A program made the position numbers and the translations under genes. This document shows, one piece after another, positions 24,366 through 32,000 of a stretch of DNA of 32,000 nucleotides (positions are counted from its first letter, which is position 1; every line of letters begins with the position of its first letter). The notes below the pieces were generated by a model, which saw only the letters and a program-made list of their open reading frames with translations, was not told the DNA's origin and ran no database searches. Origin of the DNA: Opitutia bacterium KCR 482 (GTDB lineage: Bacteria; Verrucomicrobiota; Verrucomicrobiia; Opitutales; Intestinicryptomonadaceae); the NCBI GenBank assembly GCA_029269845.2, contig CP149973.1, positions 900,001-932,000 of the forward strand, given 5' to 3'.

Positions 24366-24400
24366 GGGGCGACCGCTATCAAGCAGGTCGCCCTTTTTTT
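24366..24400 (+). terminator. Rho-independent terminator of the 64-aa gene
   Basis: Stem gggcgacc (24367-24374) / ggtcgccc (24386-24393), followed by a T7 run. Confidence 0.8.
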
Positions 24401-24521
24401 GTGCGGACGGGAAATTGCAAGCCAAAATCCCGCGCCTTTTTTGCTCCGGATATTTGCGCGGCGGGGGAAGGCGTCCGAAAAAAACTTGCCTTGAAAATCC
24501 GCCTACATAGAACATTGCGCC

Positions 24522-27227
24522 ATGACACATGCGAAATTTATTTTTGCCGCAGGCGCGGCGTTCGTGCTCGCGTCGGCCGCCGCAACTGCGAAAAACTACG
24601 GCGCGCTCGAAATAGAGCCGAAAGGCACGGCGGTTTCGAACGGGACGAAAATGTCGGTTGTGTGGCGTTTCGTAAGGCAGGAGGAAGCCGTAAAAATAGG
24701 CTCGGAAAAATCGAGTGAAAAGCTCTACGAGTTGTCGGGCGCGATTTCGACGAAAAAAATCGGCGAAATGAAAATCGCCCAAAGGGTAGAAAAAATTTCG
24801 GACTCGCGGACACGCTTCGAGGCGGAAACCGAAATAGTGGGCACGCCGCCGCGCGGCTCGAAGCTCCGCCCGTCGTTCCAGTTCCACCTGCCCGCCGACG
24901 TCTTCGACGGCAGGATTTTCGCCGACGGCAAAAGCGTCGCGCCGGAGACAAAACAATTTTCGGCGTCGGAGCTTTCCATACAGTCGGAAAACGGCGAGCT
25001 TAAAATAAGCGGGAAGCTCGACGTAGCGATAAAGGAGAGTGTGCGGCAGAAAGTGCTGAAATACCGCTCGATTTCGATAATGTTCGACGAGCTTGGCGGC
25101 GGAAAATACAAGACGGCTCTCGACTTCTCGTTCGACAAGAACAAAAAGCCCGTCCCGCTCGCGAACGAGTACACAGTGGGGGAATCGCGCGACTACATGC
25201 CGATGCCGAACCCGCGCAAAACAAAAAAGAACAGCGCGCTCGACTTCTCCTTCCTGCTCGACGCCCCCGCGGGTAAATACGGCTTCGTCAGGGCTGCCGG
25301 CGACTCTTTCGTGTTCGAAAAACGCCCCGACCGCAAGGCGCGGTTTTTCGGCGCAAACGTCTGCCAGACCGCAACCATTCCGTCGGGAGAGTCGGCAACC
25401 GCGCTCGCCGAAGAGTTCGCTGCGTCGGGCTACAACACCGCCCGCCTCCACCAGTTCTCGCCAATTCTGCGCGGCAAAAAGGGCGACTTCGCCGAGCTGA
25501 ACCAAAAGAACATGGACAAGTTCGACTTCCTCTTCGCCGAGCTTAAAAAGCGCGGAATCTACATCACTACCGACTTCTACGCCTCGGGCAGGCTCTTCCC
25601 CGAAGAATTCGACGACGTACCCTACCGCGGCGACAACATGAAGGCGCTGTTTTTCGTCTCAGACAAGGCTCGCGCGGCGTTGAAGCGGTTTATCGCAAAC
25701 TTTCTCAACCACGTCAACCCCTACACGGGCTTGGCGTACAAGGACGAGCCTGCGCTGGTTTTCGCGAGCGTCGTCAACGAAGACTGCATCGAAAACGCGC
25801 GGAATTTCGTAATCCGCACGCACCTCGACTACGACATCGCAAAGCCGCTTTACGAAAAGTGGCTCGCGGGAAAGCCCGCCCTCCCCGACGGAATCGACGA
25901 GAACGAAAAATTCCAAATCTTCCTCGTCGAGCGCTACGAAAGCTTCTACCGCGAAATGTCCGCCTATATAAAGTCAATCGCGCCCAACATGCTGCTCACC
26001 GACCAGACAAACGGCGGCAAGCTCCTCGCGACGGTCATGGCGGAACGCTACGACGTCTACGACACCCACCTCTACAACGGGCACCCGCTGTTCTACGAAA
26101 ACCGCTTCACAACCCCCATGTATGTAGACCCCGCAGACCCGCTCGAAAAGCGCGGCGGCGCGTTCATGAAAATCGGCGCAACGCGCCTGCTGACAAAGCC
26201 CACGGCGATTACCGAGTGGGACTACGTGCGCCCCAATCCCCGCGCGGCGGTCGGCGGGCTGCTCGTCGGCGCGTACTCGGCGCTGAACGGCGTCGACGGG
26301 CTTTGGCAGTTCTGCTACACGCACCACGAAAAGAACATCTGCGGGAATCCGCCGCTGGGAATTTTCGAGACAGCAGGCGACGCCGCGAGAACGCTCGCCA
26401 ACAAAATAGGCTCGCTGATGTTCCTGCGCGGCGACATCGCCGAAAGCGGAAAAACCGTGGCGCTTGCCGTCTCCGACAAGCCGTTCGACAAATGCAAAAA
26501 CGGCGACGCGTACAAATTCTGCGACGCCCTCGCGGAGCTTGCTCTTGTGGCGAAGTCGGGAGTCGTTGCGGCGGCGGACATGCCCTCGCTCGAAAAAAAG
26601 CTCCCCAAAGACACCGCCGCCGTGCTCTACACCGACGCCGCGTTTGCGCCGAAAGACCGCAAGACTTTCGGGACGTCGGAAAGCGCGGAAAAAATCGCGA
26701 ACAGGGTTTTCCTCGACGACGGCGGAATCAAAAACGGCGTCTACACAAGCTCGACGGGAGAGCTGAAACTCGATTCGGCAAAAGCCCGCTGGAAGGCGGT
26801 CGCGCCGCGAATCGAAGCGTTTGCGCAAAACGGATGCTCGGCGCAAAAGGGGAAATTCGCGCGGGTCGAAAACACGGACGGCTGGTCGATTGTCGCGCTG
26901 TGCTCGCTCGACGACGCGGAGCTTGGGAAGTCGAAGCGCATTCTCGCCGCGCACATAAGCAACATCATGAACGGCGGCGACAGATTCGGCGGGCGCAACT
27001 TTGCGACCCTCCTCGAAAAGGGAAGCGGCGGCTACCTGCTCGCGCGGGCGGAGTCGAAAATCGAGTTCGCAAAAAGGCTCGACGGCTTCAAATGCTTCGC
27101 GCTCGACGCAACGGGCAAACGCATTGCGGAAATCCCGATTGAAAGAACCGAAAACGGCGCAAAACTCGCCCTTTCCACCCACAACAAGTTCGGCGCGACA
27201 ATCGCCTACGAGCTTTCCGCCGAATAG
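24522..27227 (+). CDS. Large secreted protein with central clan GH-A-like (beta/alpha)8 glycoside hydrolase domain (family not assigned)
   Basis: Signal peptide MTHAKFIFAAGAAFVLASAAATA. The central region (FFGANV..GYNTARLHQF..ASVVNED..ITEWDY) has the NE acid/base and later E-nucleophile pattern of GH-A enzymes. The flanking roughly 250-aa N-terminal and 250-aa C-terminal regions are unassigned. Confidence 0.75.
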   Translation: MTHAKFIFAAGAAFVLASAAATAKNYGALEIEPKGTAVSNGTKMSVVWRFVRQEEAVKIGSEKSSEKLYELSGAISTKKIGEMKIAQRVEKISDSRTRFEAETEIVGTPPRGSKLRPSFQFHLPADVFDGRIFADGKSVAPETKQFSASELSIQSENGELKISGKLDVAIKESVRQKVLKYRSISIMFDELGGGKYKTALDFSFDKNKKPVPLANEYTVGESRDYMPMPNPRKTKKNSALDFSFLLDAPAGKYGFVRAAGDSFVFEKRPDRKARFFGANVCQTATIPSGESATALAEEFAASGYNTARLHQFSPILRGKKGDFAELNQKNMDKFDFLFAELKKRGIYITTDFYASGRLFPEEFDDVPYRGDNMKALFFVSDKARAALKRFIANFLNHVNPYTGLAYKDEPALVFASVVNEDCIENARNFVIRTHLDYDIAKPLYEKWLAGKPALPDGIDENEKFQIFLVERYESFYREMSAYIKSIAPNMLLTDQTNGGKLLATVMAERYDVYDTHLYNGHPLFYENRFTTPMYVDPADPLEKRGGAFMKIGATRLLTKPTAITEWDYVRPNPRAAVGGLLVGAYSALNGVDGLWQFCYTHHEKNICGNPPLGIFETAGDAARTLANKIGSLMFLRGDIAESGKTVALAVSDKPFDKCKNGDAYKFCDALAELALVAKSGVVAAADMPSLEKKLPKDTAAVLYTDAAFAPKDRKTFGTSESAEKIANRVFLDDGGIKNGVYTSSTGELKLDSAKARWKAVAPRIEAFAQNGCSAQKGKFARVENTDGWSIVALCSLDDAELGKSKRILAAHISNIMNGGDRFGGRNFATLLEKGSGGYLLARAESKIEFAKRLDGFKCFALDATGKRIAEIPIERTENGAKLALSTHNKFGATIAYELSAE

Positions 27228-27257
27228 CAAAAAACGCCCCCAAGACGACCTCCCCCG

Positions 27258-27298
27258 CGCCCCGACGGCGCAAGCGCCTTTCGGGGCGTCATTTTTTT
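27258..27298 (+). terminator. Rho-independent terminator
   Basis: cgccccga(27258-65)...tcggggcg(27281-88) with the inner hairpin ggcgc-aa-gcgcc, followed by tcattttttt. Confidence 0.8.
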
Positions 27299-27364
27299 GT
27301 GGAAATCCGCGCCGAAAAGTGTTTTAGTAGCCCGATTTTATGGAATTTTAAAAATAGAAATATT

Positions 27365-28462
27365 ATGTCTACATTCAAATTCGCAGTTTTGCCCGGCGAC
27401 GGTATCGGGCCGGAAGTAATGGACGCGGCACTCGAAGTTCTCGACGCCGCATGCAAAAAACACGGGCACTCGCTCGACTACAAAATCTGCGCCGTAGGCG
27501 GCGCGGGCATAGACCAGTTCGGCAAGGCGCTGCCCGACTCGACGGTCGAAACCTGCAAGAATTCCGACGCAATCCTGTTCGGCTCGGTCGGCGGCCCGAA
27601 GTGGGAACACCTCCCCCCCGCGGAACAGCCCGAACGCGCCGCGCTTCTGCCTATCCGCAAAATCTTCAAGCTCTTTGCGAACATCAGACCCGGACTGCTC
27701 TACCCGCAGCTTACCGACGCCTCGCCGCTTAAATCGGAGCGCATTCCCGACGGCATCGACATCGTCTGCATACGCGAGCTTACGGGCGGCATCTACTTCG
27801 GCGAGAAGAAGACGTGGACGGAACCCAGCGGCGAGCTTGCCGCGTGCGACACCATGATGTACCGCGTAAGCGAAATCGAACGCATCGCCGAGGTTGCGGG
27901 CAACACGGCGATGGCGCGCAACAAGAAAATCTGCTCAATCGACAAGGCGAACGTCCTCGAAACGTCTGTGCTCTGGCGCAAGACGGTAACGGAATACTTC
28001 AAGAAGCACTTCCCCGAAATCCAGCTGACCTACATGTATGTAGACAACGCCGCAATGCAGCTTGCGCGCGACCCCAACCAGTTCGACGTCTTCTTCACCG
28101 AAAACATGTTCGGCGACATTCTTTCCGACGAAATGGCGGTAATCTGCGGCTCGCTCGGCATGCTTTGCAGCGCGTCGCTTGGCGACATCAAGAACTCGCT
28201 CGGCTTGAAGTTCGGCCTGTACGAACCCGCGGGCGGCACCGCTCCCGACATCGCGGGCAAGGGCATAGCAAACCCCTGCGCCCAGATTCTGTCGGCGGCG
28301 TTGATGCTCCGCTACTCGTTCGGACAGGACGAAATCGCGGCGGAAATCGAAAAGGCGGTGCGCGGCGCGGTATGCTCCGGCGTGCGCACGGGCGACATCG
28401 CGTTCGGCATGAAAGCCGTCTCCACCGACGAGATGAAACGCGCCATCATCGAAAGACTCTAA
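27365..28462 (+). CDS. leuB: 3-isopropylmalate dehydrogenase
   Basis: MSTFKFAVLPGDGIGPEV..NMFGDILSDE..GSLGMLCSASLG. The ORF-maximal start at 27299 is rejected. Confidence 0.95.
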   Translation: MSTFKFAVLPGDGIGPEVMDAALEVLDAACKKHGHSLDYKICAVGGAGIDQFGKALPDSTVETCKNSDAILFGSVGGPKWEHLPPAEQPERAALLPIRKIFKLFANIRPGLLYPQLTDASPLKSERIPDGIDIVCIRELTGGIYFGEKKTWTEPSGELAACDTMMYRVSEIERIAEVAGNTAMARNKKICSIDKANVLETSVLWRKTVTEYFKKHFPEIQLTYMYVDNAAMQLARDPNQFDVFFTENMFGDILSDEMAVICGSLGMLCSASLGDIKNSLGLKFGLYEPAGGTAPDIAGKGIANPCAQILSAALMLRYSFGQDEIAAEIEKAVRGAVCSGVRTGDIAFGMKAVSTDEMKRAIIERL

Positions 28463-28480
28463 TAAACACAAAATATCCAT

Positions 28481-31153
28481 ATGGAATCCGCAGAAATTAG
28501 AAAAAGTTTTCTGGAATTTTTCAAATCGAAGGGACACACGATAGTTCCGTCGGCGCCGCTGTTGCCGACATCGCCCAACCTGCTCTTCACGAACGCGGGC
28601 ATGAACCAGTTCGTTCCGTACTTTCTGGGCGAGGAAAAAAATCCGTTTCTGCGCGCCGCCGACACGCAAAAGTGCATTCGCGCGGGCGGCAAACACAACG
28701 ACCTCGAAGACGTGGGCTTCGACACATACCACCACACGTTCTTCGAAATGCTCGGCAACTGGTCTTTCGGAGACTACTTCAAGAAAGAGGCAATCAACTG
28801 GGCTTGGGAGCTTCTGATGGACGTGTGGAAATTCCCCAAGGAACGCCTGTACGCGACGGTCTACAACCCGTCGGAGGGAGAGCCCGCGGAGTTCGACGAA
28901 GAGGCGTACGGCTACTGGGTCGAAGTGTTCGAAAAGTACGGGCTTGACCCGAAAGTCCACATCAAAAAATGCGGCAAGAAAGACAACTTCTGGATGATGG
29001 GAGAAACCGGCCCCTGCGGCCCCTGCTCCGAAATCCATATGGATTTGACCCCAAAGGGCGACACCGAGGGCGCGCTCGTAAACGCAGGCTCGCCGCTTTG
29101 CATAGAAATCTGGAATCTGGTTTTCATGCAGTTCAACGCGCAGCCCGACGGCACGTTCGTTCCGCTTAAAAGCAAGAATATCGACACGGGCATGGGCTTC
29201 GAGCGCGTCGCGGGAATCATGGCGACTACAAAGAATTTCGCCGACTTCTCGCAGCTCGCCTCGAACTACAACAGCGACCTCTTTACCGACATCTTCAAAT
29301 ACATCTCGCACATGTCGGGCAAAGTATACAGGGGAACGCTCCCAAAAGACCCGCGCGACATGTCCGCGCAGGAGCTTACCGACTGCGTTTTCCGCGTGCT
29401 CGCCGACCACGTCAGAACACTCACGTTCTCTATTGCCGACGGAATTATCCCCGGAAACGAGGGCAGGAACTACGTTCTGCGCCGCATTCTCCGCCGCGCG
29501 GTGATGTACGGAAAGCGCCTCGGGCTCGAACGCGGCTTCTTCACAAAGCTCACCGAGCCCGTCATCGAAAAAATGTCGCCGTTCTTCCCAGAGCTTAAAG
29601 AGCAGCGCAAGATGATTGTAAAGACAATCGAGGCCGAGGAAACGAGCTTTGCGCGAACCCTCGACAGGGGCTTGGAGCTTCTCGACAGAATCACGACGAC
29701 CGACGGCAAAATCAGCGGCGAACAGGCGTTCGCGCTCTACGACACATTCGGATTCCCCATCGACCTCACAGAGCTTATCGCCAGAGAACGCAACATGCCC
29801 GTAGATACCGAGGGCTTCGAGCGCGAAATGGAAAAGCAGCGCAAGCGCGCCCGCGACGCGCAGACGCGCAAGGTCATCAGCGTATCAGACCTCTCTGAGG
29901 CTGGGCACGCTACGCAGTTCATAGGGTACAGCTCCGACAACCTCGCGAATTTCACGACGACAATCAGCGCGATTCTCGAAGACGAAGACGCCGACTACAT
30001 CATTCTGCCCCAGACCCCGTTCTATGCGGAAAAGGGCGGACAGGTCGGCGACACGGGCTTCATCGAAATCGACGGCGTGGCGCACGAAGTAATAGACACA
30101 AAGGCGGACAAGGCAGACCACATTCTCCACAAAGTCCGCAAGGGCGTGTTCAAAAGCGGAATGGTCGGGCGCGAAGTCGTGGTGTCGGTGGACTGCCTGC
30201 GCAGACGCGCAATCCAGCGCCACCACACGGCGACGCACATTCTGCACTGGGCGATGAGGCAGGTTCTGGGAACGCATATCAGACAGGCGGGCTCGTACGT
30301 AGACGCCGAACGCCTGCGCTTCGACTTTACCCACTACGAAGCCCCGACGCCCGAACAGCTCGAAGAAATCGAAAGGCTCGCCAACGCGAAAATCCTCATG
30401 AACGAGCCGGTCAAGTGGCGCGTGCTGCCCCGCAACGAAGTCCCGCCCGAATGCATGGCGCTCTTCTCGGAAAAATACGGCGCGGTTGTGCGCATGGTGG
30501 AAGTGGGCACTTTCAGCAAGGAGCTTTGCGGCGGCACGCACGTTGCGGCTCTCGGCGAAATCGGCTTCATAAAAATCCTCGGCGAGGGCGCGATTTCCGC
30601 GGGAACGCGCCGCATAGAGGCGGTTGCGGGCGTGGCGGCGCTGAACCGCGTGGACAAAATGCAGTCGACGCTCGGCGAAGTCTCCCGCGCGCTCTCGTGC
30701 AAGCCCGAAGAGGCGTCGGCAAGGCTCAAAAAGCTCGTCGAAGCAAAGAACGAGCTTGAAAGGGAGCTTAAAAATTTCAGAAAGGAAAGCGCGGGCAAGC
30801 TCGCAAAGAGCCTCGCAAACGACGCTATCCTCAAAGACGGAAAAACTCCGTTCATGGTGAGAATCGTCGAAGCGGAAAACCCAGCGGAGATGCGCCAGCT
30901 TGCGGTTGACGCAATCAGGGAGCGTCCCGACGGCGTGGCGGTGCTGGGGGCGGCTTTCGGCGAAAAGGCGACGGTGCTCGTGCTCTGCTCTCCCGACGCG
31001 GTCGCGGCGGGAATCAAGGCGGGCGACATCGTGCGAGAGCTCGCGGGCAAGCTCGGCGGCAAGGGCGGCGGCAAGCCCGACTTCGCGCAGGGCGGCGGCT
31101 CGGCGAAGGACATCGCAAAAATCTTCGACGAATACAAAGCCGAAATAAAATAA
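28481..31153 (+). CDS. alaS: Alanine--tRNA ligase
   Basis: 890 aa. FTNAGMNQF, HHTFFEMLGNWSFGDYFK, editing-domain HTATHIL..CGGTH, and a C-terminal DHHA1-like GGKGGGKPDFAQGGG. Confidence 0.97.
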   Translation: MESAEIRKSFLEFFKSKGHTIVPSAPLLPTSPNLLFTNAGMNQFVPYFLGEEKNPFLRAADTQKCIRAGGKHNDLEDVGFDTYHHTFFEMLGNWSFGDYFKKEAINWAWELLMDVWKFPKERLYATVYNPSEGEPAEFDEEAYGYWVEVFEKYGLDPKVHIKKCGKKDNFWMMGETGPCGPCSEIHMDLTPKGDTEGALVNAGSPLCIEIWNLVFMQFNAQPDGTFVPLKSKNIDTGMGFERVAGIMATTKNFADFSQLASNYNSDLFTDIFKYISHMSGKVYRGTLPKDPRDMSAQELTDCVFRVLADHVRTLTFSIADGIIPGNEGRNYVLRRILRRAVMYGKRLGLERGFFTKLTEPVIEKMSPFFPELKEQRKMIVKTIEAEETSFARTLDRGLELLDRITTTDGKISGEQAFALYDTFGFPIDLTELIARERNMPVDTEGFEREMEKQRKRARDAQTRKVISVSDLSEAGHATQFIGYSSDNLANFTTTISAILEDEDADYIILPQTPFYAEKGGQVGDTGFIEIDGVAHEVIDTKADKADHILHKVRKGVFKSGMVGREVVVSVDCLRRRAIQRHHTATHILHWAMRQVLGTHIRQAGSYVDAERLRFDFTHYEAPTPEQLEEIERLANAKILMNEPVKWRVLPRNEVPPECMALFSEKYGAVVRMVEVGTFSKELCGGTHVAALGEIGFIKILGEGAISAGTRRIEAVAGVAALNRVDKMQSTLGEVSRALSCKPEEASARLKKLVEAKNELERELKNFRKESAGKLAKSLANDAILKDGKTPFMVRIVEAENPAEMRQLAVDAIRERPDGVAVLGAAFGEKATVLVLCSPDAVAAGIKAGDIVRELAGKLGGKGGGKPDFAQGGGSAKDIAKIFDEYKAEIK

Positions 31154-31157
31154 CGCC

Positions 31158-32000
31158 ATGTATTTAAAGCAGCTGACAATCAACGGGTTCAAGAGCTTCG
31201 CCGACAGGACGGAGCTACCCCTTACCCCCGGCATTACCTGCATTGTCGGCCCCAACGGCTGCGGCAAAAGCAACATTGTAGACTCAATTCGCTGGGTGTT
31301 GGGCGAGCAGAGCGCAAAGGCGCTGCGCGGCGGAAAAATGCAGGACGTCATTTTTCAGGGCACGGAAACGCGCAAGCCGCTGCAATTCTGCGAAGTCAGC
31401 CTGCTTTTTTCGGACTGCGAAGGCCAGCTTGGCACAAACTTCAACGAAGTGGAAATCACGCGGCGCGTCGGGCGCGACGAAGGCAGCGAATACTTCATCA
31501 ACGGCAAGGCGGCGCGCCTTAAAGACATTCAGACGCTGTTTATGGACACGGGCGTCGGGCGGGTGTCGTACTCGTTCATGGTGCAGGGGCAAATCGACCA
31601 GATTCTGTCTTCGAACCCCGGCGAGAGACGCTCGATTTTCGAAGAGGCGGCGGGCATTACAAAATACAAAACGCAACGCCGCGAAGCCCTCAACAAGCTC
31701 GCGCTCGTAGACCAAAACCTCGCGCGGGCGACGGACAGAATCGAGGAAATCGGGCGGCAAATCGGCACGCTGAAACGTCAGGCGTCGAAAGCGCTGCGCT
31801 ACAAGCGGGCGAGTTTCAGGCTGAAGCACCTCGACCTCGCGCTGAACGCAAAAAACTACGCTGACCGCTCCGAGCAGCTCAAAGCCGACGAGGAAACGCT
31901 GAAAAAAATTTCGTCCGACATTTTCGAGCTTGACCGCAAGCTCGCGGCGGCGGAGGAAACCCTCGCCCGCATGCGCGCCGAGCGCGGCGAATGCGCCGCC
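31158..32000 (+). CDS. smc: Chromosome segregation protein SMC (5' part, runs off the window)
   Basis: MYLKQLTINGFKSFADRTELPLTPGITCIVGPNGCGKSNIVDSIRWVLGEQSAK (Walker A), then coiled-coil sequence. The frame is open from the ATG at 31158 to 32000. It is absent from the ORF track because there is no stop. Confidence 0.93.
   Translation, partial: MYLKQLTINGFKSFADRTELPLTPGITCIVGPNGCGKSNIVDSIRWVLGEQSAKALRGGKMQDVIFQGTETRKPLQFCEVSLLFSDCEGQLGTNFNEVEITRRVGRDEGSEYFINGKAARLKDIQTLFMDTGVGRVSYSFMVQGQIDQILSSNPGERRSIFEEAAGITKYKTQRREALNKLALVDQNLARATDRIEEIGRQIGTLKRQASKALRYKRASFRLKHLDLALNAKNYADRSEQLKADEETLKKISSDIFELDRKLAAAEETLARMRAERGECAA

Overview
GC-rich, GC3-biased bacterial chromosomal segment that is mostly ordinary housekeeping. 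I call 28 CDS and 2 tRNAs.

**Minus-strand block (732-3552):** tRNA-Lys, rpsU, a small ORF, thyA, folA and a membrane Zn-peptidase.

**Plus-strand string (3753-14942):** two tandem secreted alpha/beta-hydrolase paralogs, an MBL hydrolase, ribD, a methyltransferase, an M16 peptidase, pyrH, frr, proB, sufT, a PstS-like binding protein and tRNA-Gly. The genes are tightly packed.

**Remainder of the window:** scattered secreted esterase and glycosidase-like genes, an acyl-ACP thioesterase, a zinc-ribbon gene coupled to a SulP transporter, a Tat-signal Gfo/Idh/MocA oxidoreductase, then leuB, alaS and the 5' part of smc. The gene content (Tat-signal Gfo/Idh/MocA, many secreted carbohydrate esterases) suggests a PVC-type polysaccharide degrader. 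That is inference only.

No defence system, mobile element, CRISPR array or integrase is visible.

**Main unusual content:** two paralogous noncoding loci of about 0.7 kb (53-720 and 21652-22397), in the same orientation. Each lies between convergent genes and ends 7-11 nt from the stop codon of the minus-strand gene. Each is built from three kinds of hairpin modules:
- A ~123-nt rod-like hairpin (X), present as 3 full copies and 2 exact 5'-arm half copies.
- A conserved, indel-free ~80-nt AT-rich spacer with a mini-hairpin (Y).
- GC-rich hairpin pairs with a conserved TATA loop (S).

All three show compensatory base changes between copies. G-U versus A-C counts point to the plus strand as the functional RNA strand. 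I cannot match these to any RNA family or repeat class I know. I rank them as the best candidate for something undescribed, either a multi-copy structured sRNA or large ornate ncRNA, or a REPIN-like hairpin repeat family.

**Secondary observations:**
- Two promoter-to-ATG geometries that suggest leaderless mRNAs.
- A stand-alone 64-aa gene with a structured leader.
- A perfect 12-bp palindrome in a divergent promoter region.

The many long antisense ORFs in the track are GC3 shadow ORFs.
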